A DNA stretch of 64,000 nt from Gloeobacterales cyanobacterium (lineage in GTDB: Bacteria; Cyanobacteriota; Cyanobacteriia; Gloeobacterales; PMM-0068), in NCBI GenBank assembly GCA_038245785.1, contig JBBRSB010000001.1:1-64000 (forward strand), in the 5' to 3' direction. Under the pieces are notes generated by a model. It made no database searches. It was given only the letters and a program-made list of their open reading frames with translations, and was not told the DNA's origin. The position numbers were made by a program, and so were the translations under genes. Each line of letters begins with the position of its first letter. Positions within the stretch are counted from its first letter, which is position 1. Of the stretch, positions 55,787 to 64,000 are shown piece by piece.

Positions 55787-56875
55787 ATGGATAAACAGCT
55801 AGTCGCCATGCAACAGATAGCCAAAGACTTCTACAGCATTCTCGATATTCCTCCTAACACCAGCAAAGAGGAAATTAGGCAAGCTTATTTACGCCTGGCA
55901 CGCAGATATCACCCAGATGTGAATAGTGACCCCCGCTCTCGAGAGCGGTTTGAAGAGGTCAATCAGGCCTACAGTATCCTTTCCGATGACGAGGCGCGTA
56001 TCTTCTATGACCTTTATCGGGAAGGGGCTGACGAACTAGACGGTGCCGAAGACCAAGTCTCCTATGATTATCAAGCTCCACCGCAGTCTTGGTGGCAGCG
56101 GAACTCCTCAACCTTGGGTGTCGGTTTGGCTGTGTCTTGTATGCTGGCTGCCTACGGAGTAGTGCTCTATCTGCCAAACATTCAGAACACTCAGATCTTT
56201 CCTTCATGGATCGAGTCTGGAGTGATCAAACAGATAGTGTCGGTGATCTCAAAACACGACGTTAAAGCCTCCGACAATGATAGTAGTAAGCTGGAAAAGT
56301 CTAAGAACAATCCACAACTGACGACACAGCAACCTGCAGATGCTGTTTTGCAACCTGAGACTTCATCCGTATCTGAGAAACAACCTGCGACGGTAGAACA
56401 ATCCAAACTCCCTGTAGCGAAGCCTCCTAGTACTAGTTCTGGGGTGTCAGAACCAGCTAAGCCTAAAGTTATAGACCAGGTCGTACCGCCAAATATTTTT
56501 GGGACTGTTGCTCTCCAACCGGTACCTTCTCTACAAACAGTAGCGCCCTCTTCTGCTTCAAATGAAGTACTGACGACGATAGAGACTCCAGCACGGGCTT
56601 ATGAGTTGCTGGCCTACTATGCATTGGTAGTGGGGGATCTCAACCAATTCAAGAAGGCTCTAGGTTCGGCTCACCGTGAGAATGCTTCCTTCAGTCAAAT
56701 AAACTCTTTGATCCTCTTTCTCCAGCAGTTAGAGACTAGGAATACTTCTCTGGAAAACACCTTGCAATCTTTGCGCCGCCGGGTTATACGCGAGGATGCT
56801 ACTCGGCTGACACCCTTACAGCTTGATTCTTTGAAGAAGCAGATGGAGAACTGGCAAAGCTCAGAGAATTCTTAG
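55787..56875 (+). CDS. Membrane-anchored J-domain (DnaJ-like) protein
   Basis: DFYSILD...YHPDVN J-domain, one TM and a Pro/Ser-rich linker. Confidence 0.85.
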   Translation: MDKQLVAMQQIAKDFYSILDIPPNTSKEEIRQAYLRLARRYHPDVNSDPRSRERFEEVNQAYSILSDDEARIFYDLYREGADELDGAEDQVSYDYQAPPQSWWQRNSSTLGVGLAVSCMLAAYGVVLYLPNIQNTQIFPSWIESGVIKQIVSVISKHDVKASDNDSSKLEKSKNNPQLTTQQPADAVLQPETSSVSEKQPATVEQSKLPVAKPPSTSSGVSEPAKPKVIDQVVPPNIFGTVALQPVPSLQTVAPSSASNEVLTTIETPARAYELLAYYALVVGDLNQFKKALGSAHRENASFSQINSLILFLQQLETRNTSLENTLQSLRRRVIREDATRLTPLQLDSLKKQMENWQSSENS

Positions 56876-59281
56876 AGGATCTACATCCACATGGATACGT
56901 ACTCTAGGATGTCCTTGAAATAAGGTGAGGGCCTGGGCTATTTGCTGATAGCCTTCGTGATATCCGTTTGCCGTATCTGGATTTTTGAGTAGAAGCTGCC
57001 AGCGGTATTGGTTTTTGACTTTTTCGATGGTGCAGGGAGCCGGACCTAACTGTTCGATTTTCACTGTCTGTTGGTGTAGATGTAGGGCTAAGGATTCGGC
57101 GCAGGCAATGACCTCTGCTTCTAGCGTTCCCTGAAAATGAATACACACCAGTTGCACAAAGGGTGGATAGCCAAAAGAGCGACGTTCTTCCAACTCTTTT
57201 TGAATAAACGGTTCATAGGCATGGCTTTGAACAGCCTGAATAACGGGATGGTCAGGACTGTAGGTTTGCAGAATCACGCGACCGGGTTTATCGCCTCGTC
57301 CCGCCCGCCCAGCTACTTGCAGAAGGGTTTGAAAGGCTCGTTCTGAAGCCCGGAAATCGGGAAGGTTCAAAATACCATCGGCTACCAGAATGCCTACAAT
57401 CGTGACTTCAGGGAGGTCTAGCCCTTTAGTCAGCATTTGGGTCCCGATCAAGACCTGTGCTTCTCCCCGTTGAAATTGATCGATAATCCGCCGATGGGAA
57501 CCCTTGCGCGTGGTAGTGTCCCGGTCATAGCGAAGAGAGATGAGTTCGGGAAAAAGTCGGCTGAGGTCTTCTTCAATGCGCTGGGTGCCGGAGCCAAAAT
57601 ATTTGAGATAGGGAGAACTGCACACAGGGCACTGTTCCGGCTGCATGGCACTGTGATTGCAATAGTGACAACGCAGTCGTTCCCCTGCTTGATGGTAGGT
57701 AAGGGAAACGGCACAGTGGGGACAGGTGATGGTGTAGCCACAGCTGCGACACATGACGAAGGTGCTGTAGCCTCTGCGGTTCAGGAAGAGAATTCCCTGT
57801 TCTTTGCTCGTTGGCAGTTCGGAGAGGATGTGTTGCAGGAGGCGACTAAAGGGACTAAAATTTCCATCTGCCAGTTCTTCGCGCATGTCTACCACCTCGA
57901 CCACGGGCATCGGACGCCCTTCTACCCTTTCGGGTAAGGCACAGTAGGAAGGGCTAGAGGGTTCATATTGGGCGAAGGTTTCTATTGCTGGAGTTGCGGA
58001 ACCTAAGATCAGGGGGACTTGTTCCAGTTGAGAACGCCATTGCGCCACAGTCCGGGCGTGGTAGCAAGGCTGGGGCTGGTCCTGCTTATAGGAGCCATCG
58101 TGTTCTTCGTCGAGGATAATCAGCCCTAAGTTTTGCAAAGGAGCAAATACCGCCGAACGAGTGCCCACTACAACCTGGGGTTCAGCAGTAAGCATCTGTC
58201 TCCAAGTGTCATAGCGCTCTCCATCGGACAGGGCCGAATGGTAAACCCTGACTTTGCCAGGGAAACGGGCTTCAAAGCGGTCCGTGAGCTGGGGCGTTAG
58301 ACCAATCTCTGGCACTAGGACCAAGGCGGAGTATCCCTGTTCTAGAACGGGAGCAATCGTCTGGAGATAAACTTCGGTCTTACCAGAACCTGTGACTCCG
58401 TGCAAGAGCGCTTGGAGATGGGACGGAGGTTTTTCAAAAAGGGCCTGGATCCTCTCTAGGGCCTTTTGTTGATGAATAGTTAGCGTCTTGGGGCGGTCAG
58501 TCTGGACGCCCACTCCTCCCAAAAAGCGGAGGACTTCCCGTTCTTCTAGCGTGACCCTACCTAGCTTAGCCAGAGTCTGGAGCGTGCCCGTCGTGGTCCG
58601 GGCTTTGGTCAGCGCTTCCTGGACAGGGAGGCTGCCACCTAGGGCTTCCAGCACATTCAGGACTTCTCGTTGGCGTGCCGTTAAACCGTCTGAGTGGACA
58701 GACACTAGAGTAACGAACTTTTGGCGTTTAGGTTTGGCCGTGTTCGTCTCTAGAAAAAAGCTTTCTACCCAGCCTAGTTTTTGTAGTTCCCGCAGGCCAG
58801 TCGCCGCTTGGGGCACTTTGCGCTGGAGGGCAAGTATCGCCAAATCGGGTGATTTTTCCAGGATTGTTAAAACGGCACGCGCTTTCGGACTGAGAGGAGG
58901 AGCAAATAGAGTGGCTTGGTGGGTAGAACGTTTTTCAACTGGAATCAAGCGGACACGGCGCTGAATACGGGTAAGGACGCCAGGAGGGAGTACCGTTTCT
59001 AAGACTTTGGAAAGGGGGGTTAAATAGTAGTCAGCTACCCGAATCAATAGATTCCAATAGCCTTCTGGAAAAAAAGTAGGACTGATCAGTTCCAGCACAT
59101 CGCGGGTTTTATCCGTCTCACAGTCAGCTTCTCGGATTCGGGTGCAAAATCCATGCACGACTCTGGGGCCAAAAGGAACGGCTACCACTGCTCCCACGGT
59201 GAGGGTTATAGCTTCTGGTACGCGGTAGGTATAGGTTTTATTTCCCGCTATCGGCAGGTCTACTAGGACATCGATCAGCAT
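56861..59281 (-). CDS. priA: Primosomal protein N' (replication restart helicase)
   Basis: GVTGSGKTEVY, DEEH, CxxC zinc motifs and QVAGRAGR. Confidence 0.96.
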   Translation of the reverse strand: MLIDVLVDLPIAGNKTYTYRVPEAITLTVGAVVAVPFGPRVVHGFCTRIREADCETDKTRDVLELISPTFFPEGYWNLLIRVADYYLTPLSKVLETVLPPGVLTRIQRRVRLIPVEKRSTHQATLFAPPLSPKARAVLTILEKSPDLAILALQRKVPQAATGLRELQKLGWVESFFLETNTAKPKRQKFVTLVSVHSDGLTARQREVLNVLEALGGSLPVQEALTKARTTTGTLQTLAKLGRVTLEEREVLRFLGGVGVQTDRPKTLTIHQQKALERIQALFEKPPSHLQALLHGVTGSGKTEVYLQTIAPVLEQGYSALVLVPEIGLTPQLTDRFEARFPGKVRVYHSALSDGERYDTWRQMLTAEPQVVVGTRSAVFAPLQNLGLIILDEEHDGSYKQDQPQPCYHARTVAQWRSQLEQVPLILGSATPAIETFAQYEPSSPSYCALPERVEGRPMPVVEVVDMREELADGNFSPFSRLLQHILSELPTSKEQGILFLNRRGYSTFVMCRSCGYTITCPHCAVSLTYHQAGERLRCHYCNHSAMQPEQCPVCSSPYLKYFGSGTQRIEEDLSRLFPELISLRYDRDTTTRKGSHRRIIDQFQRGEAQVLIGTQMLTKGLDLPEVTIVGILVADGILNLPDFRASERAFQTLLQVAGRAGRGDKPGRVILQTYSPDHPVIQAVQSHAYEPFIQKELEERRSFGYPPFVQLVCIHFQGTLEAEVIACAESLALHLHQQTVKIEQLGPAPCTIEKVKNQYRWQLLLKNPDTANGYHEGYQQIAQALTLFQGHPRVRIHVDVDPLRIL

Positions 59282-59694
59282 TGGTTTGCGCAGACTAAGA
59301 GGCGATTGTACCCCACGAACAGAGGCTTCATTTTTTGTAGCTTACTCGTCTGTATCTGCGCTGAGCCCATAACTTCGTGTGCCAGTCTGAAAACTGGGCC
59401 AAGCTGGGCCATACGGGCTGGCTCTGAATTTTAAACTGCTTAGCATCAGGAACAGCAAAGTTCCTGTCCATTCTAAGAGTTTCGGTATGCTTCATTTCTG
59501 TGAATTCTTTAACGTCAATCTGGAGAACATTGACTGCGCTTCTTACCTTTCTCTCATGGCCTTGCCCTACATGGTCGCTATTGTGTCCGTTGCCTTCATC
59601 ATCGAATGCTCAAAATTAAAAGCTTGAGCGATCATCTCCAAAAAATCTCAAAATTCACAGGATAATTATGCTGCTTACCATAGCAAATTTCTCG

Positions 59695-60669
59695 ATGAAA
59701 TCTCTATTCCAGATCCAGTCAGATAGTGAAATTCCAGCCTCTACCCAACTATTGAATCAAATTAGTTTTGCCATTGCTTCCCGCCAATTTTTACCCGGAC
59801 ATCAGCTGCCGAGTACACGACAGCTTGCGATGCAGACAGGTTTACATCGCAATACGATCAGCAAAGTCTATCGTCAGCTAGAAGAATTAGGTTTAGTCGA
59901 AGCGCAAGCAGGTTCTGGAATTTATGTGCGTACCCTAGGGCAAGAGGCTAGAGAACGGCTGGCCCACTTCAATCAGTACCCCCAAGCCTGTGAACTGGTG
60001 CAGAAAAGCCTTGATAAATTGCTCAGTCAAGGTTGTTCTTTGAGTCAAGCGCGTGAACTTTTCTTAGCAGAAATTGAGTGGCGGCTGCGCTGTAGTCTAG
60101 TCGTTTATGTCACCGCTCCTCTGCAGGACTTAGGCGTAGGTGAACTGATGCGCCAAGAATTGGAACGCGCTTTAAATATTCCGGTGCAACTGGTTCCCCT
60201 TGAGCAATTAGGGCAGGTCCTTGAACAAGGTTCCGGTACTGTGGTCACCAATCGCTATTTCGCCGAACAGACAGAAGTGATCACTGCAGCCCATGCTGCA
60301 CGGGTAATTCCTGTAGATATCAATCAATTTGCGCAAGAGCTACAGTTGGTTAAAACCATGCCCAAGGATAGTTGTCTGGGCGTAGTTAGCCTCAGCTCTG
60401 GAATTTTGCGGGTGGTAGAAGTGATCTGCCATAGTATTCGGGGAGAAGAGATTCTAGTACTTACGGCTCAATTGGAAGACGATGCAAAACTGCGGTCTGT
60501 TATTCGCAGTGCCCACACGATCATCTGTGAACGAGCGATCTTAGATAGGCTTAAGGCCGCTATTCACCAGATGCGTGAAGACTTGGTTCGTGTGCCTCAA
60601 GTCCTCTGCTCCGAAAGCTATATCAACACTGAGTCAATGGATTTACTCAAGCGTCAATTGGGCTTTTAG
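59695..60669 (+). CDS. plmA: GntR family regulator, PlmA subfamily
   Basis: IQSDSEIPASTQL and LPSTRQLAMQTGLHRNTISKVYRQLE. Confidence 0.88.
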   Translation: MKSLFQIQSDSEIPASTQLLNQISFAIASRQFLPGHQLPSTRQLAMQTGLHRNTISKVYRQLEELGLVEAQAGSGIYVRTLGQEARERLAHFNQYPQACELVQKSLDKLLSQGCSLSQARELFLAEIEWRLRCSLVVYVTAPLQDLGVGELMRQELERALNIPVQLVPLEQLGQVLEQGSGTVVTNRYFAEQTEVITAAHAARVIPVDINQFAQELQLVKTMPKDSCLGVVSLSSGILRVVEVICHSIRGEEILVLTAQLEDDAKLRSVIRSAHTIICERAILDRLKAAIHQMREDLVRVPQVLCSESYINTESMDLLKRQLGF

Positions 60670-61574
60670 CAACCCGCAATACTATCTAGAATCAGTTTTT
60701 TTAGAGCTTGCTCATCCCTTATCTTGACTATATAGCTAGAAGATGAAGCGTCGGGTTCCCAGAGAATTCTGCCTCGTTCTTCGATCGGGTTTTCAAGAAC
60801 AGCGGTAACTTTTATAGCTTCTGCGTCAAAGGGTATTTGTCTCAAAAATAGAGCAGCGGCAATCACGTCATGACAGTAGATTCCATTAAATCCATCCACT
60901 TCTTGATGGAATTGGCTGTAAAACTCAATGCAGTGTTTGACGATGGCCCCGAAAGGCGTATTGCTATAAACAAATTCAGCCAACAAAAATTCTAGGGCTT
61001 CGGTCAGGTCTAGTCCGACTAAATAGGTTTTCAGGCCCAACTGCAAAAATTCATAAAAAGCCGCAGGATCTTGATAAACGTTGAATTCTGCATAGGCATT
61101 GATATTGCCAGGAGTGCGGAAAGTTCCGCCCATGACCCAGACTTCTTGAACCTGTTCTCGCAGGTGTGGATAGGTAGCAAAGAAGCGATAGGCATCGGAA
61201 AGGGGCGATAGGACCAACACCCTTATCTGAGATTTGAGGTCAGTTAGTTCCTGCGCTAGTGTTTCTAAGCTGTCTAACGCCTTATGCCCTTCAGCAGGCA
61301 CAGGAAGCCCTGCTAGACCATTTTCTCCGTGGACGGAGGCTGCTGTCTCTAGGGGTGCTTCGGACACAAAACCACCAGACCCCAGATAGCCTTTTAAGTG
61401 TGGCGCCTTCCACAGGGAGAGGAGATACTGTAAGTTATCCCCTACGTTTTCCAAAGACACATTGCCGGCAGAAGCAACTACATAAGCTTCTTGATCATCG
61501 CTTTTGGCCCTTGCATAGTGGCCAAGCGCCAAAAAGTCGTCGATGCCTGGGTCAGTAAATATTAGGTCTGTCAT
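60666..61574 (-). CDS. Nucleoside hydrolase (IU-NH family), divergent
   Basis: TDPGIDD, GNV, VHGENGL, AEFNVYQDP and HD. Confidence 0.85.
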   Translation of the reverse strand: MTDLIFTDPGIDDFLALGHYARAKSDDQEAYVVASAGNVSLENVGDNLQYLLSLWKAPHLKGYLGSGGFVSEAPLETAASVHGENGLAGLPVPAEGHKALDSLETLAQELTDLKSQIRVLVLSPLSDAYRFFATYPHLREQVQEVWVMGGTFRTPGNINAYAEFNVYQDPAAFYEFLQLGLKTYLVGLDLTEALEFLLAEFVYSNTPFGAIVKHCIEFYSQFHQEVDGFNGIYCHDVIAAALFLRQIPFDAEAIKVTAVLENPIEERGRILWEPDASSSSYIVKIRDEQALKKLILDSIAGC

Positions 61575-61588
61575 AGTATCAAAAGCAT

Positions 61589-62092
61589 ATGCTCCCCAAC
61601 AAACAAGCCAGCATACCGATTCCCAAAGAACAACGACCGATCAATGAGTATCAAGAGCTCTGCGATTCGTTCTTTTTCCGCTGGGCCACCATAGAACCCC
61701 GCAGATATATTATCGGTCTTGTCGCAGTATGGAGTGGAGCTTGGCTGATTGCTGGCCCCGTGGCAGCTTTTAGCTTCGAACCGACCACATCTCCTTTTTT
61801 GTTCTTTTTAGCCGGGGCAGCCGGAGCAGGCTTAGCACTTTCCCTGGTCATGGCCCGTCTGTACTTGGGTTGGTTCCATGTATACGACCGTTTAGTCAGT
61901 GCCAGAGTTAGCTATGAGGAAACAGGCGGACACGATGGCAGCTATTGGAAGAAACCAGCGGAAGAACTAGCAAAAGACCGTTTACTGGTCCAATACCGAG
62001 TTTTTCCCGTAATTCAGAGGCTTAGGCGTACGCTCGCAGTAGTCGCCTTTTTAGGATGCTTCGACGCAGTGGCTTGGTGGTGGTTACTTTAG
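61589..62092 (+). CDS. ycf36: CGLD27/Ycf36 family membrane protein
   Basis: PKEQRPINEYQEL, RLYLGW and YEETG. Confidence 0.88.
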   Translation: MLPNKQASIPIPKEQRPINEYQELCDSFFFRWATIEPRRYIIGLVAVWSGAWLIAGPVAAFSFEPTTSPFLFFLAGAAGAGLALSLVMARLYLGWFHVYDRLVSARVSYEETGGHDGSYWKKPAEELAKDRLLVQYRVFPVIQRLRRTLAVVAFLGCFDAVAWWWLL

Positions 62093-62478
62093 GACCGAGA
62101 TTGCTCTAAGTGACTCGGCTGCATCTCTTGATAACTGGGTTGAATTTCTTGTATCGGGCAGAGGTTGCAGGATGGGGGCGCTAGGACAACATCTTGCGGA
62201 GTGGGGATAGGGTCTGCACAACGGACACAATAGTCAAACTCGAACCGTGAATGGATGAGCTGAGCGAAGGAATGGGCATCTCCTTCAATGTAGAGATTGA
62301 GAAACTCTCCACTACTGATCAGCCGTTCAATAAAGTTATTAAACTCATCGGTATAGTTTCCTCGCCCGTCGTATACCGAACGTGAGAAAGCAAGGGTCTT
62401 CCCCTTCTCACTGATCAAACATCGACCTCGGTTGACGTGATGAGCAATGTAATGTTTCAGGTCGTAGAAACTAGCCAA
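62089..62478 (-). CDS. Conserved cyanobacterial hypothetical protein with Cys-rich C-terminus
   Basis: TTG start giving MASFYDLKHYIAH; YIEG and CVRC...CNLC. Confidence 0.6.
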   Translation of the reverse strand: MASFYDLKHYIAHHVNRGRCLISEKGKTLAFSRSVYDGRGNYTDEFNNFIERLISSGEFLNLYIEGDAHSFAQLIHSRFEFDYCVRCADPIPTPQDVVLAPPSCNLCPIQEIQPSYQEMQPSHLEQSRS

Positions 62479-62584
62479 GGTGGATACCTTTTTGTATTCA
62501 TACGCCAAGCTTATCGCGCTGAAGAGAGACGCATGCCTAACGATATGAAAAGACGAGATGCTTAATATAGATATATAAAACAGC

Positions 62585-63391
62585 TTAAAGGATAATGAAC
62601 TTCTGTATGGCAATAGCAACTCCGTCTTCTTCTACAGAAGGAGCGATCCAGTCCGCGCGTTCCTGAACCCCGCTTGGGCCGCCTGCCATGGCAATTCCTA
62701 AGCCCGCATATTCAATCATTTCTAAATCATTAAAATTGTCTCCGATGCAAATCACTTCATCGGCAGTAATTTCTAATATTTTTTCTGCCACAAATTTAAC
62801 GGCATTTCCCTTGCTAGCACTAGGGTGCGCAACTTCTACGAAAAAATCGGTAGAACGGGTGAGATAAAGCTCTTCAGGTCGATATTTTTGCTTTAGAACA
62901 GCAAGGATTTCACCCATAAGCTGGCTATCTTTCTTAAGCGCTAAAATTTTGGTTGGTTCTGCTGTCAAAACTTCGAATAGATTTGGGACGACTACAGGTT
63001 CTACTCCCGAACGTTGGGCATAGGCTATGGTTTCAGGAGAAAGGCTGGCTACGTAGAGGGAGTCATTAAGATACACATGGACAGAAACGTCCATCTCTGT
63101 CAGCAGGGAGAGGACTTCCAGGGCATAGTCCAAGGGCACTGGTTCATGCCGATAGACCCGATTATCTTTGGGGTCCTTGATCAAAGCGCCTTGGTAACTA
63201 ATCAAAGGCAGAGGGGAATCCAGCAAACGGTGAAATCTCAAGGCTGAGCGATACATCCTGCCCGTGGCAAGGGCGAGCTTCACCCCAGATTGTTGCGCCT
63301 GGCTTAGAGCCTCTAGGACAGTTGGTGTCGGATCTAAGGTGTCTCCTAGGATAGTGCCATCGATATCTACCACCAAAAGCTTATAGTGCAC
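62585..63391 (-). CDS. Cof-type HAD-IIB hydrolase
   Basis: DIDGT, ATGR, SKGNA and GDNFNDLEM. Confidence 0.93.
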   Translation of the reverse strand: MHYKLLVVDIDGTILGDTLDPTPTVLEALSQAQQSGVKLALATGRMYRSALRFHRLLDSPLPLISYQGALIKDPKDNRVYRHEPVPLDYALEVLSLLTEMDVSVHVYLNDSLYVASLSPETIAYAQRSGVEPVVVPNLFEVLTAEPTKILALKKDSQLMGEILAVLKQKYRPEELYLTRSTDFFVEVAHPSASKGNAVKFVAEKILEITADEVICIGDNFNDLEMIEYAGLGIAMAGGPSGVQERADWIAPSVEEDGVAIAIQKFIIL

Positions 63392-63833
63392 GGAGTTTTC
63401 TTCCTGAAGACCTGTCTAAAAGAGCCTAACCCAATTTCTCTTGGTCGCGCTAACGCACTTAGACTTAAACCTATGTATCAATAGATACTCATACTGCGCT
63501 GCTAATTAATCTAGATTGACAGATCTGATTTAGTCGTCATTTCTCTTGTTGTGTCTTCTCAACCAGGATACTAGCTACCATTTGTCAGGTCAGAGTCTGA
63601 AATGAAAGTACCGCTGTTACAGATCCCATTTACCAGCTCTGGATTTCGGACTATTGTGAGTTCCTTTATTTTGTTCACAAACATACTTAAACTAAAGCAA
63701 AGTATTTTATATGTCATCCATTACCTAGAGATTGCGTTAAGAGACAAGGGAGATCCAGACGATTTTACAGGCAAGACCGAGCTGAGTTTCGAAGTCATAA
63801 GAACCTAAACTCGGTATTACAGGGATTCAGAAG

Positions 63834-64000
63834 ATGAAGACAAGCAAGACCGATTGGCCATTAACCTACAGAATTGGAGTAACCTTCGCTGTTGCTTTTA
63901 TCCTGACAGTCATGATTTGTTCGGCCTTCCTCGCAGTGATTATCTTCACCATGCCGAAGGAACCTCAAACGGTAAACTTTGCTACTTTGCTATGTCAGGT
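63834..64000 (+). CDS. 5' end of a membrane-anchored protein (runs off the window)
   Basis: MKTSKTDWPLTYRIGVTFAVAFILTVMICSAFLAVIIFTMPKEPQTVNFATLLCQ; open to the window end, one TM. Confidence 0.45.
   Translation, partial: MKTSKTDWPLTYRIGVTFAVAFILTVMICSAFLAVIIFTMPKEPQTVNFATLLCQ

Noticed and set aside
172..63808. Many short antisense or alternate-frame ORFs inside well-supported genes (e.g. 4382-4948, 57437-57937, 58488-58964)
   Set aside because: No family motifs; explained as shadows of the real genes.

Overview
A cyanobacterial chromosomal window (psbK, petP, psb29, plmA, tic20, ycf36, Get3d). The core proteins are divergent and core DNA lacks HIP1 octamers, which suggests a deep-branching, Gloeobacterales-like host (inference). 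Bases 1-18.2 kb look like an accessory island. It holds a frameshifting IS630, relics of GH13-like, ackA and HNH genes, phoD/ppk1, and a class II lanthipeptide cluster. The cluster has four mersacidin/lichenicidin-type precursors with conserved leaders but unrelated cores, an embedded secreted TPR protein, LanM, a short secretion accessory protein and a C39-ABC exporter. It is transcribed divergently from an ECF-like sigma factor, and three precursor cassettes each start with the same GGAATA-N16-CGATAT promoter-like element. This candidate sigma-driven, cassette-diversifying peptide system is the main finding. The rest is mostly housekeeping DNA, with TA loci, a MacAB-type exporter, an atypical P450, and tRNA-Ala(GGC) followed by a decayed AbiE pair. 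All calls come from reading motifs by eye; no database searches were run.
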